DNA of 38,885 nucleotides from a virus. Its lineage: Duplodnaviria; Caudoviricetes. The notes beneath the pieces were generated by a model that saw only the letters and a list, made by a program, of their open reading frames with translations, ran no database searches and was not told the origin of the DNA. A program made the position numbers and the translations under genes. This document shows positions 15,867 through 26,170 of the stretch, piece by piece. The stretch lies in the IMG/VR virus record IMGVR_UViG_3300027756_001334, positions 1-38,885 of that record. One strand, given 5' to 3'. Each line of letters opens with the position of its first letter. The first letter of the stretch is position 1.

Positions 15867-16481
15867 ATGAGTTTAAAAACTTTACAGACAAAATTAGGCT
15901 TAACAGCTGATGGAGCTTTCGGACCGGGTACAATGAAAGCAGCAATGAAACTTTACAACCTTACTCCGGAAAGAGCAGCTCACTTCTTTGCTCAAACAGG
16001 ACATGAGACAGGAGACTTTAAAGTATATAATGAAAACTTGAACTATTCAGCTCAAGGCTTACAAGGTATCTTTGGAAAGTACTTCCCAGGTAACTTAGAA
16101 GAATCTTATGCACGTCAACCAGAGAAGATCGCTAACCGCGTTTATGCATCTAGAATGGGTAACGGAGATGAAGCATCAGGAGATGGTTGGAAATTCCGTG
16201 GTCGTGGAGCAATCCAATTGACAGGTAAGGATAACTACACTCAGTTTTCTAAACATATTAATAAACCTGAGATCTTAACTAATCCAGATTTAGTATCAAC
16301 TGACTATTCATTTGAATCAGCATTATTCTTTTTCGATAAGAATAAATTATGGTCTATTTGTGATCAAGGTGTAAACGAAGCTACTATCTTAGCTCTTACT
16401 AAAAGAGTTAATGGCGGTACTCATGGATTAGAGGATAGAAAAGCTAAAACGTTAAAGTACTACGGATACGTTAAAGCATAA
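15867..16481 (+). CDS. Endolysin, GH19 chitinase-like with short peptidoglycan-binding motif
   Basis: LQ..LG..ADG.FGPGT; AQTGHETG; FRGRGAIQLTGKDNY; VNGGTHGLEDR. Confidence 0.92.
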   Translation: MSLKTLQTKLGLTADGAFGPGTMKAAMKLYNLTPERAAHFFAQTGHETGDFKVYNENLNYSAQGLQGIFGKYFPGNLEESYARQPEKIANRVYASRMGNGDEASGDGWKFRGRGAIQLTGKDNYTQFSKHINKPEILTNPDLVSTDYSFESALFFFDKNKLWSICDQGVNEATILALTKRVNGGTHGLEDRKAKTLKYYGYVKA

Positions 16482-16486
16482 GAAAA

Positions 16487-16520
16487 AGTTGCTCTTATGA
16501 GTATTTTTTCGTAAATTAAT
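16487..16520 (+). promoter_or_regulatory. Class A promoter
   Basis: AGTTGC...TTCGTAAATTAA, offset 19. Confidence 0.7.
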
Positions 16521-16534
16521 TAAAGGTTTAAAAT

Positions 16535-16918
16535 ATGAATAAAACAAATATTATCTTAATAGGGATCATAGCGGTTTTGGCCGCTTATATCCTGTTCTTT
16601 GTACAAGCACCTTTGAAGGTAGACGTTAAAGGATATGAGGTTAAGATCGACTCTCTTCAACATACAGTAGATTCTATATATGTTGAGAACGGCAAACTAG
16701 ATAACCAAATTGCTGAATATGAAACTGAAGTAGACATTCAGGATAACAAAATTCAGAGCTTAAAAGACAAATTAGTATTAATTAAACAAGAAACACATGA
16801 AAAAGTTAAGTCTGTCGATTCTTTTACTGATGACGAGCTTGAGCGTTTTTTCACAGAACGTTATCAAGGACTCATCAGCGATTCAACTGCGAAAGCCGAT
16901 AGCACGTCTCGTAATTAA
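16535..16918 (+). CDS. i-spanin-like protein (N-terminal TM plus coiled coil)
   Basis: Single TM then heptad-rich region; follows the endolysin. Confidence 0.55.
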   Translation: MNKTNIILIGIIAVLAAYILFFVQAPLKVDVKGYEVKIDSLQHTVDSIYVENGKLDNQIAEYETEVDIQDNKIQSLKDKLVLIKQETHEKVKSVDSFTDDELERFFTERYQGLISDSTAKADSTSRN

Positions 16919-17207
16919 GGATTTGATTAAAGGCGATGGTGCTCTAATTGAGCTCAATAACCTTCAACAAACTTTAGGAGCTACAGAACAAAAGGTAGCA
17001 TTAAAAGACAGTATTATAGTTACGCAATCAAGTAAGATTGTTAATCTTAGTGAGATTATTCTTAAGAAAGATGAACAGTTTAAATTACAACAGCAGCTTT
17101 CTAAGGATTTAGAAAAAGCATTAAAAGCCGCTAATACAAGAGTATTCTTCTTTAAGGTAGGCTCAGGAGTGGCAATAGTGTCAACTCTCCTGTTGTTGGT
17201 TAAATAA
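16797..17207 (+). CDS. Spanin-partner-like exported coiled-coil protein with C-terminal hydrophobic segment
   Basis: Overlaps the previous ORF by 122 nt; signal peptide MKKLSLSILLLMTSLSVFS-Q; no Cys. Confidence 0.55.
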   Translation: MKKLSLSILLLMTSLSVFSQNVIKDSSAIQLRKPIARLVIKDLIKGDGALIELNNLQQTLGATEQKVALKDSIIVTQSSKIVNLSEIILKKDEQFKLQQQLSKDLEKALKAANTRVFFFKVGSGVAIVSTLLLLVK

Positions 17208-17213
17208 TAAAAA

Positions 17214-18407
17214 ATGGAAAAGTTACGTAAAGGTATATTCCCCTTCATTATTGCCCTTTCAGCATTATCAGTTAGCTTATCGGCGGCCTTTTACTCAGTA
17301 TCAGGCCTCGGTAAGTTATTTGCTGGTGCTTCTACTCAGGTTATTATAATGGCATCTTCTTTAGAGATTGCGAAATTAGTAATAGCCTCTCTTTTATACC
17401 AATACTGGAATACCCTTAATAAAATACTGAGAGCTTACTTAGCAATCGCTACAATTGTACTCATGTTAATTACCTCAATGGGCATTTACGGATTCTTATC
17501 TGGAGCTTACCAAGAAACAGCTAATAGAGCCGGTACTGTTGATGCACAGATAACTTTATTAGAAACTAAACGAACTAACTACATTGGTCAAAGAGACTTA
17601 CTTGTAAAAGAAAAAGAGGGATTAGTTTCTAGTATGACAAGCCTACAATCAGGATTAGCTAACAACAAGACTAGTTACGTAGATAAGAAAGGTAACCTAA
17701 TACAGACAAGTAGTTCTGCCGATAGAAAATCTTTAGAGAGACAATTAGATGCTTCTAGCACTAGGCAAGAAAGTCTTAATGTAAAACTTGACGATATTAA
17801 TACTAAGATTTTTGATCTAGATAATCAAATCATAGAAGTAAAAACCGGTAGTGATGTAGCTTCAGAACTAGGACCACTTAAATACATTTCGGGATTAACA
17901 GGTACATCTATGGACCAAATTGTTAACTACCTATTACTAATAATCATATTTGTATTTGACCCTCTAGCTATCTCTCTTGTAATCGCGGCTAACTTTGCGT
18001 TTGCTCAATTAAAACCAAAAGAGACTCTATATGAAGAGAAGGCATACCATGAAGAAATGAAAGAATGGGATGCTACTCTAGCAGATGGATTAGATGATGA
18101 AGATGATGATTATCCTGAACCTAACGAAGCATTACTCGAAGCAGCAGAAAGGTATAAGGAGCTAAAGAAACAGGGAGAGATACAAGAAGAACCTATCAGA
18201 TTAGCAGAAGAGAAGGTATTAGAAGAAGATTGGAAAATCGTAGATGAATCCGGAAAAGAAATAAAGGAACAACCTGAACAAATAAGAATAGTAAAGATAC
18301 TACAGAAGACCCCTTCCAGAATGAGAGTACAGTATTCAAACGGAAGAGAGGGATGGGTAAGTAAGAATATAAAACCAGAAAACGATAATATAATAAGGTA
18401 TTTCTAA
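17214..18407 (+). CDS. Multi-TM membrane protein with long coiled coil and acidic tail
   Basis: Three N-terminal TMs, coiled coil, ELGPLKY...FVFDPLA TM. Confidence 0.8.
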   Translation: MEKLRKGIFPFIIALSALSVSLSAAFYSVSGLGKLFAGASTQVIIMASSLEIAKLVIASLLYQYWNTLNKILRAYLAIATIVLMLITSMGIYGFLSGAYQETANRAGTVDAQITLLETKRTNYIGQRDLLVKEKEGLVSSMTSLQSGLANNKTSYVDKKGNLIQTSSSADRKSLERQLDASSTRQESLNVKLDDINTKIFDLDNQIIEVKTGSDVASELGPLKYISGLTGTSMDQIVNYLLLIIIFVFDPLAISLVIAANFAFAQLKPKETLYEEKAYHEEMKEWDATLADGLDDEDDDYPEPNEALLEAAERYKELKKQGEIQEEPIRLAEEKVLEEDWKIVDESGKEIKEQPEQIRIVKILQKTPSRMRVQYSNGREGWVSKNIKPENDNIIRYF

Positions 18408-18412
18408 ATATA

Positions 18413-18445
18413 TTTGCTACTCTGCGTAATAGTTCGTATCTTAAG
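18413..18445 (+). promoter_or_regulatory. Class A promoter
   Basis: TTTGC...TTCGTATCTTAAG, offset 19. Confidence 0.75.
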
Positions 18446-18466
18446 AGAATAAATAAAAGTTTTATA

Positions 18467-18685
18467 ATGAGTAAAGTAGAAGAGGCTATTGCCAAGAGGT
18501 TGTTAGAAAGAGCTGATGTAGGCTTCCGGAAATACGGTGTAACAATGGAGAGAGATGATCTCAACTTTTTAGACTGGTTAACACACTTACAGGAAGAATT
18601 ATTAGACGCTGCGGTTTACGTAGAAAAATTAAAAGGTTATGCCAAAGAAAATACCACAACTAGTCAAGCTAGTACAGGAGAGTAA
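18467..18685 (+). CDS. Small MazG-like helical protein
   Basis: G.RKYG...WL.HLQEELLDAAVY (EExxD motif). Confidence 0.55.
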   Translation: MSKVEEAIAKRLLERADVGFRKYGVTMERDDLNFLDWLTHLQEELLDAAVYVEKLKGYAKENTTTSQASTGE

Positions 18686-19571
18686 GATTAAGCAAACAAG
18701 AGCCAATAAGCATATTTCATATAGCCAGTTATCTAGTTTTGAAAATTGTCCGAAGCAGTGGTACTTAACTTACGTAAAGAATTTAGCTCCTTATAAACCT
18801 TCAATACATGCTGTATTCGGTACAGCTATGCATGAAACTATCCAGACTTGGTTAGATGTTCTTTATAACGATACTATAAAGAAAGCTAATGAAATGGACT
18901 TAGAAGCTTTATTATTAGAAAATATGCATAAGGCATATAAAGCTCAAAAAGTAATGTATAGTCACGAACACTTCTCAGATCAAAAAGAGCTAGAATCCTT
19001 CTTAAAAGATGGTGTAGCTATTTTAGAGTTTCTTAAAAAGAAAAGAGTTCTCTATTTTTCTAGTAAGAATACTTATTTAGCAGGCATAGAAACTTTACTA
19101 TATCAAGAACTAAGACCAGGAGTATTCTTCAAAGGATTAATTGATATAGTGCTTTATAACGAAACAGTAGATAAGTGGTATGTTATTGATCTAAAAACTT
19201 CTACTTCAGGCTGGTCAGATTATGTAAAGAAAGATGATACTAAGATAGCTCAAGTACTTCTCTATAAAGAATTCTTTGCTAAGCAATTTAATATTGATAT
19301 AGAGAAGATTGAAGTAGTTTACTATATCTTAAAAAGAAAAGTACCAATGGAAGCTGAATTTGCTTCTATGCAAAGAAGAGTACAAGAGTTTAAACCACCT
19401 TCTGGTAAGATAAAGACAGGTAAAGCAATCTCAATGATGAATAAGTTCGTACAAGAGACTTTAGACCAAGCAGGAAACTTTTTTGATAAAGATTTTCAAG
19501 CGACTCCATCAGAAAGTAGTTGTAAATTTTGCGTTTTTAGAAATAATCCTATATGCCCACAGGGGGTTTAG
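18639..19571 (+). CDS. PD-(D/E)xK exonuclease, RecB/Cas4-like with Fe-S cysteine staple
   Basis: SYSQL...CP, GTAMH, GLID...IDLKT, Q..LY, CKFC......C. Confidence 0.88.
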   Translation: MPKKIPQLVKLVQESKIKQTRANKHISYSQLSSFENCPKQWYLTYVKNLAPYKPSIHAVFGTAMHETIQTWLDVLYNDTIKKANEMDLEALLLENMHKAYKAQKVMYSHEHFSDQKELESFLKDGVAILEFLKKKRVLYFSSKNTYLAGIETLLYQELRPGVFFKGLIDIVLYNETVDKWYVIDLKTSTSGWSDYVKKDDTKIAQVLLYKEFFAKQFNIDIEKIEVVYYILKRKVPMEAEFASMQRRVQEFKPPSGKIKTGKAISMMNKFVQETLDQAGNFFDKDFQATPSESSCKFCVFRNNPICPQGV

Positions 19572-19583
19572 TTATTTTCTATA

Positions 19584-19591
19584 TATTTATA
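19584..19591 (+). promoter_or_regulatory. Class B motif TATTTATA heading the glycosylation locus
   Basis: In an AT-rich spacer upstream of ATG 19614. Confidence 0.4.
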
Positions 19592-19613
19592 TATGTATAT
19601 AATATTATAAGTT

Positions 19614-19802
19614 ATGAGTAACGGTTCAAAAAAACTGACAACAGTACAGTTGGAAGAAGACCTTCTTCAACATTTTAAATTTACCTGTGTAAAATATAAA
19701 TTTTCTTTTCAAAAACTTGCTTCACGAGCAATTTTTCTTTATATTACAGATAAGGAGTTCAGAGATGTAATCCACCAACAGACAGACACAAAAGTTAAAT
19801 AA
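19614..19802 (+). CDS. Small ribbon-helix-helix-like DNA-binding protein
   Basis: KLTTVQL strand followed by two helices; 62 aa. Confidence 0.5.
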   Translation: MSNGSKKLTTVQLEEDLLQHFKFTCVKYKFSFQKLASRAIFLYITDKEFRDVIHQQTDTKVK

Positions 19803-19807
19803 GTTTC

Positions 19808-21262
19808 ATGCAAGAAAAAATTGGTTACCTAAAGAAAGAAGAGCGTAAAAAAATTCTACTTTTATGCGACGACATCAGAGTACATTCAGGCGTCGGTACA
19901 ATGGCTAAGGAAATCGTCTTAGCAACAGCTCATCGGTATAACTGGGTTAATTTAGGAGCAGCAGTACAACACAAAGAAGAGGGTACTATCATAGACCTAT
20001 CTGAAGATACTGCTAAAGAGACAGGAATAGAAGATCCTTCTGTTAAAATTTATCCATGCACTGGATATGGAGATCCTTTTAAACTTAGAAAGCTTTTAAA
20101 AGAAGAAAAACCAGATGCTATCTTTATCTTTACAGATCCACGATACTGGGTATGGTTATTTGATATGGAAAGAGAAGTTAGGTCTAAAATACCTATTATG
20201 TATCTGAATATATGGGATAACTTTCCAGCACCCATGTATAATAGGCCATACTATGAATCAGTAGATTTGTTAATGGCTATTTCTAAACAGACTAAGTTAA
20301 TCAACGAACTAGTACTTGGTGAAGTAGCTGAAGAGAAAATTATTAAGTATGTACCTCATGGAGTAAATGAAAAGTATTTCTTTCCAATTACTGAAAAGTA
20401 TGAAGATTGGGATAAGTTTGTAGAGTTCAAGAATGAGGTATTTAAAGGAAAAGATATACAATATGTAGTCTTCTTTAATTCACGAAATATACATAGAAAA
20501 AAAGTAGAAGATTTAATATTAGCTTATAGATTTTTCTGTGATAATATAGGAGAAGAAGCAGCTAAGAAATGCGCTTTAATTATGCATACGCAAGTAGTTG
20601 ACCAAAACGGTACAGATCTTGCAGCAGTAAAAGAAGCACTATGCGATCCTTCTTATGTAAACGTATTCTTCTCAGCAGAGAGATTAAATACTGCTCAGAT
20701 GAACCTACTTTATAACTTAGCAGATGTTACTGTTCTACCTTCAGCAAATGAAGGATGGGGATTATCTTTGACTGAGTCTATGATGGCTGGTACAATGATT
20801 ATTGCAAACGTAACCGGGGGTATGCAAGACCAGATGAGATTCTCTAAAGACGGTAAATGGGCTGAGTTAACTAAAGACTTCCCATCTAATCATCGAGGTA
20901 CTATTAAAGAATGTGGGGAGTGGGCTGTCCCAGTCTTTCCATCTAACCTATCAATAGTAGGTTCACCGCAAACGCCTTATATCTTTGACGATAGATGCTC
21001 TCCAGAAGACTTAGCTTTAACAATAGAGAAAGTCTATAATATGACACCGGAAGAACGAGAAGTAAAAGGAGAAGCAGGACGTAAATGGGTTCTATCAGAA
21101 GAAGCAATGATGACTGCTACCAATATGGGTAAAAATGTTATTGCAGCGATAGATGAGACTTTTGAAAAGTTTCAACCTAGAGGTAAGTATGATCTTATTA
21201 AAGTAGGGAGCTTAGATAAAAACTATATTAAACATAAATTAAGCAAATACAGTTATGAGTAA
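19808..21262 (+). CDS. Glycosyltransferase, GT-B (GT4-like)
   Basis: VPHGV, NSRNIHRK, LYNLADV..LPS.NEGWGLSLTESM. Confidence 0.9.
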   Translation: MQEKIGYLKKEERKKILLLCDDIRVHSGVGTMAKEIVLATAHRYNWVNLGAAVQHKEEGTIIDLSEDTAKETGIEDPSVKIYPCTGYGDPFKLRKLLKEEKPDAIFIFTDPRYWVWLFDMEREVRSKIPIMYLNIWDNFPAPMYNRPYYESVDLLMAISKQTKLINELVLGEVAEEKIIKYVPHGVNEKYFFPITEKYEDWDKFVEFKNEVFKGKDIQYVVFFNSRNIHRKKVEDLILAYRFFCDNIGEEAAKKCALIMHTQVVDQNGTDLAAVKEALCDPSYVNVFFSAERLNTAQMNLLYNLADVTVLPSANEGWGLSLTESMMAGTMIIANVTGGMQDQMRFSKDGKWAELTKDFPSNHRGTIKECGEWAVPVFPSNLSIVGSPQTPYIFDDRCSPEDLALTIEKVYNMTPEEREVKGEAGRKWVLSEEAMMTATNMGKNVIAAIDETFEKFQPRGKYDLIKVGSLDKNYIKHKLSKYSYE

Positions 21263-22529
21263 AATAAAGGTCGTAGTTAGCTGCCCGGTAGATACCTATT
21301 CAGGGTATGGAGCTAGAGCAAGAGACTTTGTACAAGCACTTATAGAGTTAGGAAAATACGATGTACGAATCTTATCTCAACGCTGGGGTAATGTTAGACA
21401 GGGTTATTTAGAGGACCATAAACGAGATGATTTATCAAGCCTTATAATACCCCAACTAACATCAGAACCAGACATATGGATACAGATTACAGTACCTAAT
21501 GAGTTTCAAAGATTAGGTAAGTACAACATTGGTGTAACAGCGGGTATAGAAACTACTCTAGCAGCTCCTCAATGGATAATAGGATGTAACGTTATGGACT
21601 TAGTAATTACTTCATCAAAGCATTCTAAGTTAGTATTTGAGGAGAGTAAGTACGACATGGTAGATAGTATAAAAGGTACTACTGAAAAAATCGAGTTAAG
21701 AAAGCCTATTGAAATTCTTTTTGAAGGAGCAGATACAACTAAGTACGTTCCCTTAGCACTTCCTACTAAATTTAACTTAAAGGAAATACCTGAAAACTTC
21801 TGTTTTTTAAATGTAGGTCATTGGTTACCTGGTGCATTAGGCCATGATAGGAAAAATATCGGGTTACTTATTAGATTATTTTTCGAAACGTATAAAAATA
21901 AACCTAACCCTCCGGCTCTTATACTTAAGACAAGTATGGTTACTTCTTCAATATTAGATAGGAATAAAATACTAAGTAATATTGAGAAGATTAAAAATGA
22001 TGTCAAAGGAACTCTTCCTAACATCTACTTACTTCATGGAGATCTTACAGACGAAGAGATGAATGAATTATATAATAACTCTAAGGTAAAAGCTATGATT
22101 AGCTTAACTAAAGGAGAAGGATTTGGAAGACCTTTATTAGAGTTTAGTCTAGTAAATAAACCAATCATAGCATCAGCTTGGTCTGGTCAGATAGATTTTT
22201 TAGATAGAGAACTTTCTATACTAGTGGGAGGTGAATTAAAACCATTACATAAAAGCTCAGTACAGGAAGAAGTCCTTGTAGAAGGTAGTAGCTGGTTTTT
22301 CCCTTACGACAATCATGCTATGGCAGCTATGAAAGAAGTACAAAAGAATTATGATAAGTACAGAGTTAATGCTAAAAAACTAGGATATAAAAATAGAACT
22401 AATTTTAGCTTTGAAAAGATGAAAGAAGCTTTGAACGAGATCTTAACAAATCATGTGCCAGTGTTTCCTAAGCAAATAGAGCTAATGCTCCCTAAATTAA
22501 ATTTACCAAAATTAGAAAAAATAGATTAA
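21255..22529 (+). CDS. Glycosyltransferase, GT-B (GT4-like)
   Basis: SGYG, DRKN, KGEGFGRPLLEF....PII. Confidence 0.9.
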   Translation: MSKIKVVVSCPVDTYSGYGARARDFVQALIELGKYDVRILSQRWGNVRQGYLEDHKRDDLSSLIIPQLTSEPDIWIQITVPNEFQRLGKYNIGVTAGIETTLAAPQWIIGCNVMDLVITSSKHSKLVFEESKYDMVDSIKGTTEKIELRKPIEILFEGADTTKYVPLALPTKFNLKEIPENFCFLNVGHWLPGALGHDRKNIGLLIRLFFETYKNKPNPPALILKTSMVTSSILDRNKILSNIEKIKNDVKGTLPNIYLLHGDLTDEEMNELYNNSKVKAMISLTKGEGFGRPLLEFSLVNKPIIASAWSGQIDFLDRELSILVGGELKPLHKSSVQEEVLVEGSSWFFPYDNHAMAAMKEVQKNYDKYRVNAKKLGYKNRTNFSFEKMKEALNEILTNHVPVFPKQIELMLPKLNLPKLEKID

Positions 22530-22530
22530 T

Positions 22531-22980
22531 ATGGATACTTTAACAGTTTGTAAAAGATGTAGCGGAAATGCTTGCTATGAGCAGCATATAGATGAAACCA
22601 CTAAAACCTGGTTATGTATGGCTTGCGGCTTCACAACCTCAACAGTAATGCAGGATAGTGGAGCAATTGTAAAAACCGCTGTAGAATCGTCACCAGAGTT
22701 GTATAAAGATTTAAAATTCGTAGACGATACCAACCTAGCATGGTTACCTGCTACTATTACTATTCCAGAGAAAGGAATGGTATTTTTAGACGGTACGACT
22801 GCTAAAGAGTGGACTTGGGCTGGAGTAAGAGCAATTAAGCTAACCCAAGAAGAACTTGATAGTAAAAAATACCCCGAAGGACATAACTTTAAAATGGATA
22901 TGCAAAACTTGAAGCAGTTCGGACAAAGAGATTTTATGGATGCATTAGAGTATATTGGATTTTTTCAAGTAGAAATGTAA
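22531..22980 (+). CDS. Zn-finger hypothetical protein
   Basis: CKRC...CMACGF. Confidence 0.75.
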   Translation: MDTLTVCKRCSGNACYEQHIDETTKTWLCMACGFTTSTVMQDSGAIVKTAVESSPELYKDLKFVDDTNLAWLPATITIPEKGMVFLDGTTAKEWTWAGVRAIKLTQEELDSKKYPEGHNFKMDMQNLKQFGQRDFMDALEYIGFFQVEM

Positions 22981-22981
22981 T

Positions 22982-23608
22982 ATGAAAATTAGTTACGCAA
23001 TAACCGTCTGCAATGAATATGAAGAGATTCAAAAGCTTGTTACTTTCTTAAAAGAAAATAAAAGAATACAAGACGAAGTAGTTATACTGTATGACCAAAA
23101 GAACGGTGATGAGCGAATAGCTGAATGGTTGACTAAGATGAATATCTATCCTAACATTCAATTTTGGAGAGGTTTAGGCTTTGAAGGTCATTTTGCAGAT
23201 TGGAAAAATAAATTAACATCTTACTGTACCGGTGATTATATCTTTCAGATTGATGCTGATGAAATGCCACATAGGTACTTACTAGATGCTCTTCCAGAAA
23301 TTCTAGAAAAAAACGATGACCTAGAAGTTCTTTTAGTCCCTAGAGTAAATACTGTAGAAGGTCTTACAATGGAGCATATTAGGAAATGGGGTTGGAGTGT
23401 AGATATTGGGGGTAGAGTAAATTGGCCAGATTATCAGTGGAGAATTTGGAAAAATAAACCTGAGATAAAATGGGTCAATAAGGTACATGAAAGGTTAGAA
23501 GGCTTTAAAACCTATGCACCCTTGCCGTCTGAACAAAGTATGGCTTTATACCATCCGAAAGATATAGCTCGTCAAGAGAGGCAAAATAGTTATTACGAAA
23601 CTTTATAG
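22982..23608 (+). CDS. Glycosyltransferase, GT-A (GT2-like)
   Basis: KISYAITVCNE, DYIFQIDADE, VHE.L. Confidence 0.88.
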   Translation: MKISYAITVCNEYEEIQKLVTFLKENKRIQDEVVILYDQKNGDERIAEWLTKMNIYPNIQFWRGLGFEGHFADWKNKLTSYCTGDYIFQIDADEMPHRYLLDALPEILEKNDDLEVLLVPRVNTVEGLTMEHIRKWGWSVDIGGRVNWPDYQWRIWKNKPEIKWVNKVHERLEGFKTYAPLPSEQSMALYHPKDIARQERQNSYYETL

Positions 23609-23610
23609 TT

Positions 23611-23913
23611 ATGAATATATACGTAGATATCGATGAAACGATTTGCTATTACGAAGGAGAAAGAGAATATCAATATGCTATCGGCATTCCAGAAAACATA
23701 GAGAAAATTAACAAACTCTACGACGAAGGAAATACTATCACATATTGGACCGCAAGAGGCTCAGTACATAAAGATAGAATACCAGAGTACGAAGACTTGA
23801 CTCTTTACCAGTTAACTGCATGGGAAGCAAAATTCCATTATTTAATTGTAGGAGAAAAACCTGCTTATGATTTAATTATCTGTGATAAAAGTAGGAGAAT
23901 TGAAGAAATTTAA
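23611..23913 (+). CDS. Capless HAD-family phosphatase
   Basis: YVDIDETI, WTARG, KP..D.I.DK. Confidence 0.85.
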   Translation: MNIYVDIDETICYYEGEREYQYAIGIPENIEKINKLYDEGNTITYWTARGSVHKDRIPEYEDLTLYQLTAWEAKFHYLIVGEKPAYDLIICDKSRRIEEI

Positions 23914-23925
23914 TTATATTAAAAT

Positions 23926-24777
23926 ATGAAAAAGACTTACATTATCGCCGAGATCGGAATCAACCATAATGGCGATCTCAAAAATGCATTAAGACTCATC
24001 GATATCGCTGCCGCAGCAGGATGTGATGCAGTAAAGTTTCAAAAGAGAAATCCGGACGTATGCGTACCGGAGCATCAAAAGAATATCATGAGAGATACTC
24101 CATGGGGTCAGATGACTTACTTAGATTATAAGTACAAAGTAGAATTTGAAAAAGCAGAATACGATGTGATTGATGCTCATTGTAAAGCTCATGGCATTGA
24201 ATGGTCTGCATCTCCTTGGGATATGGATTCATTAAAGTTCTTAAACAAGTACGATGTACCGTTCTTAAAAGTACCATCAGCAATGTTAACAAATGATGAG
24301 TTACTAGAAGGATGCGTTGCTTCGGGTAAGAGAGTTATATTCTCTACAGGGATGTCTACTAAGGAAGAAATTGATCATGCAGTAATGGTGTTACGTAAAG
24401 CTAAGCTTGTACATAATAACCCGAACAAGATTGGATTACTACATTGCAATTCTACTTACCCGGCTCCTATAAACGAATTAAATCTATCAGGACTCAAAAC
24501 ACTACAAGCAGAATATCCAGATTTTGAGATTGGATACTCAGGTCATGAGTTTAGATTAGGCACTACAGTAGCAGCTGTTTACCTAGGAGCATCTATTATC
24601 GAACGACATATTACATTAGATAGACAAATGTGGGGTTCTGATCATTTAGCATCGGTAGAGCCACAAGGTCTTTTCAAACTTGTGAGTGGTATAAGGGAAC
24701 TAGAAGAAGCGTTTGGCGACGGTGTTATACGAGTAACTGAATCAGAGAAACCAGTAAGAGCAAAATTAAGAGGTTAA
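23926..24777 (+). CDS. neuB: Nonulosonic acid (sialic acid/KDN-type) synthase, NeuB family, lacking the C-terminal AFP-like domain
   Basis: IIAEIGINHNGD, DAVKFQKR, LHCNSTYP, GYSGHE, IERHITLDR...GSDH.AS. Confidence 0.93.
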   Translation: MKKTYIIAEIGINHNGDLKNALRLIDIAAAAGCDAVKFQKRNPDVCVPEHQKNIMRDTPWGQMTYLDYKYKVEFEKAEYDVIDAHCKAHGIEWSASPWDMDSLKFLNKYDVPFLKVPSAMLTNDELLEGCVASGKRVIFSTGMSTKEEIDHAVMVLRKAKLVHNNPNKIGLLHCNSTYPAPINELNLSGLKTLQAEYPDFEIGYSGHEFRLGTTVAAVYLGASIIERHITLDRQMWGSDHLASVEPQGLFKLVSGIRELEEAFGDGVIRVTESEKPVRAKLRG

Positions 24778-25466
24778 TGCTAGAAAAATATAAAGATAAG
24801 AAAATACTAATTTTAGGAGGAGGTCAATCTACTTTAGATACTAAGTGGGAGAATCTTCCTTACGATTACTTATGGACCTGTAATGATTTTTATTTAGAAC
24901 CTCGAGTACTAGCACGGGAGATAGATTTTTACGTATTAGCATATGTGACTCCTCTTAAAGAAGAAAAACTAATTAAGAAACTTACTAATAGTAATACTAC
25001 GGTAGCTTTCGAAACTTCTCACTATCGCCATAAGCAACATACCCCGGGTTTTAAAGCTTTTAAAGAGGCTATAAACATACCCATTCACGAAACAGAATTG
25101 CAATTTTTTAAAGATAATCAACGCCCAGCTTATAAATCTGGAGCAGCTTTTAGACTAATACAGCTTGCTTTATCAACAGAGGCTAAGACAATTTATTTTG
25201 CAGGCTTTGATGGATTCAATAAAGACTTTAGTAACATACATGCTTTTACAAAACAAAAAGGACTCAAAGATTCAGACACTCGAAGAGACTACGAAGGACA
25301 TCCGATGTCTTACTTAAGTATTTTCACAGATGCTTTTAACGTACTAAAAGGAGTAAGAGGACATGAGACTTTACAAAACTTAGGAGAAGGATTTGACTAC
25401 AATATAGGAACTCCTATAAGTAGAGAATTTTTCCCACTGACAGAAGAAACAAAAAGCCTAATATGA
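24777..25466 (+). CDS. Sialyltransferase-like protein (GT42/Cst-II-like)
   Basis: ILGGGQS, TCNDFYLE, KSG and IYFAGFD parallel the Cst-II motifs GNGPS, RCNQFYFE, TSG and YLSGID. Confidence 0.6.
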   Translation: MLEKYKDKKILILGGGQSTLDTKWENLPYDYLWTCNDFYLEPRVLAREIDFYVLAYVTPLKEEKLIKKLTNSNTTVAFETSHYRHKQHTPGFKAFKEAINIPIHETELQFFKDNQRPAYKSGAAFRLIQLALSTEAKTIYFAGFDGFNKDFSNIHAFTKQKGLKDSDTRRDYEGHPMSYLSIFTDAFNVLKGVRGHETLQNLGEGFDYNIGTPISREFFPLTEETKSLI

Positions 25467-26170
25467 AAGATATAGCAGAAATCGCATTCGTAGTACAAGC
25501 AAGACTTAATAGCCAAAGAGTGCCTCGGAAGATGATCAAACCTTTCGCTGATACAAATTTATTTGAATTAGTATTAGACAAGTTATTAGCTTCTGATATA
25601 ATTCCACGTAATAATATTGTAGCTTCGGTACATGAAGAAGAGCTATCAGATATAGCAGCTCAAAAAGGAGTTTACGTATTTGGAAGAAGCCACGAATCAG
25701 CAAATAACGATAACAGCTTGCAGAAGATTTATGAATGGCATGATAAATTACCTCCATGGTATAAGTACGTAGTTCTAATTTCCGGATGTAATCCTCTACT
25801 TACAACACATACAGTTGATTCTTTTATTAGACAATTTGTAGTTCAAGAAGAGGAAAACCTTTTTGCAGTTATAGAAAAGAAACAATATTACTGGAATAAA
25901 GAAGGGATAATGGTAACACCATGGCCTGGAGACCAGACTATAATGAATACGAAAGCAGTAGAACCTACTTATGAAGCAGCCCACGTATTATATGCTTCAA
26001 GATTAGACTTAATCGCACAAGATAGATTCATGGGTGATTTTCAAACACCCGGAGGAATTAAATTATTCACTATGTCAGAATTAGAAGCATTCGATATCGA
26101 CTACGACTGGCAGTTTAAAGTAGGAGAGGTTTTATATAATGAATTCTGCAACACCAAGCGTATTAGCTAA
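25463..26170 (+). CDS. neuA: CMP-nonulosonic acid synthetase (acylneuraminate cytidylyltransferase)
   Basis: QARLNSQRVPRKMIK, CNPLL, FDIDYDWQF. Confidence 0.88.
   Translation: MKDIAEIAFVVQARLNSQRVPRKMIKPFADTNLFELVLDKLLASDIIPRNNIVASVHEEELSDIAAQKGVYVFGRSHESANNDNSLQKIYEWHDKLPPWYKYVVLISGCNPLLTTHTVDSFIRQFVVQEEENLFAVIEKKQYYWNKEGIMVTPWPGDQTIMNTKAVEPTYEAAHVLYASRLDLIAQDRFMGDFQTPGGIKLFTMSELEAFDIDYDWQFKVGEVLYNEFCNTKRIS

Noticed and set aside
18639-19571. Cas4 of a CRISPR system
   Set aside because: No array or other cas genes; stand-alone Cas4/RecB-like nucleases are common in phages.
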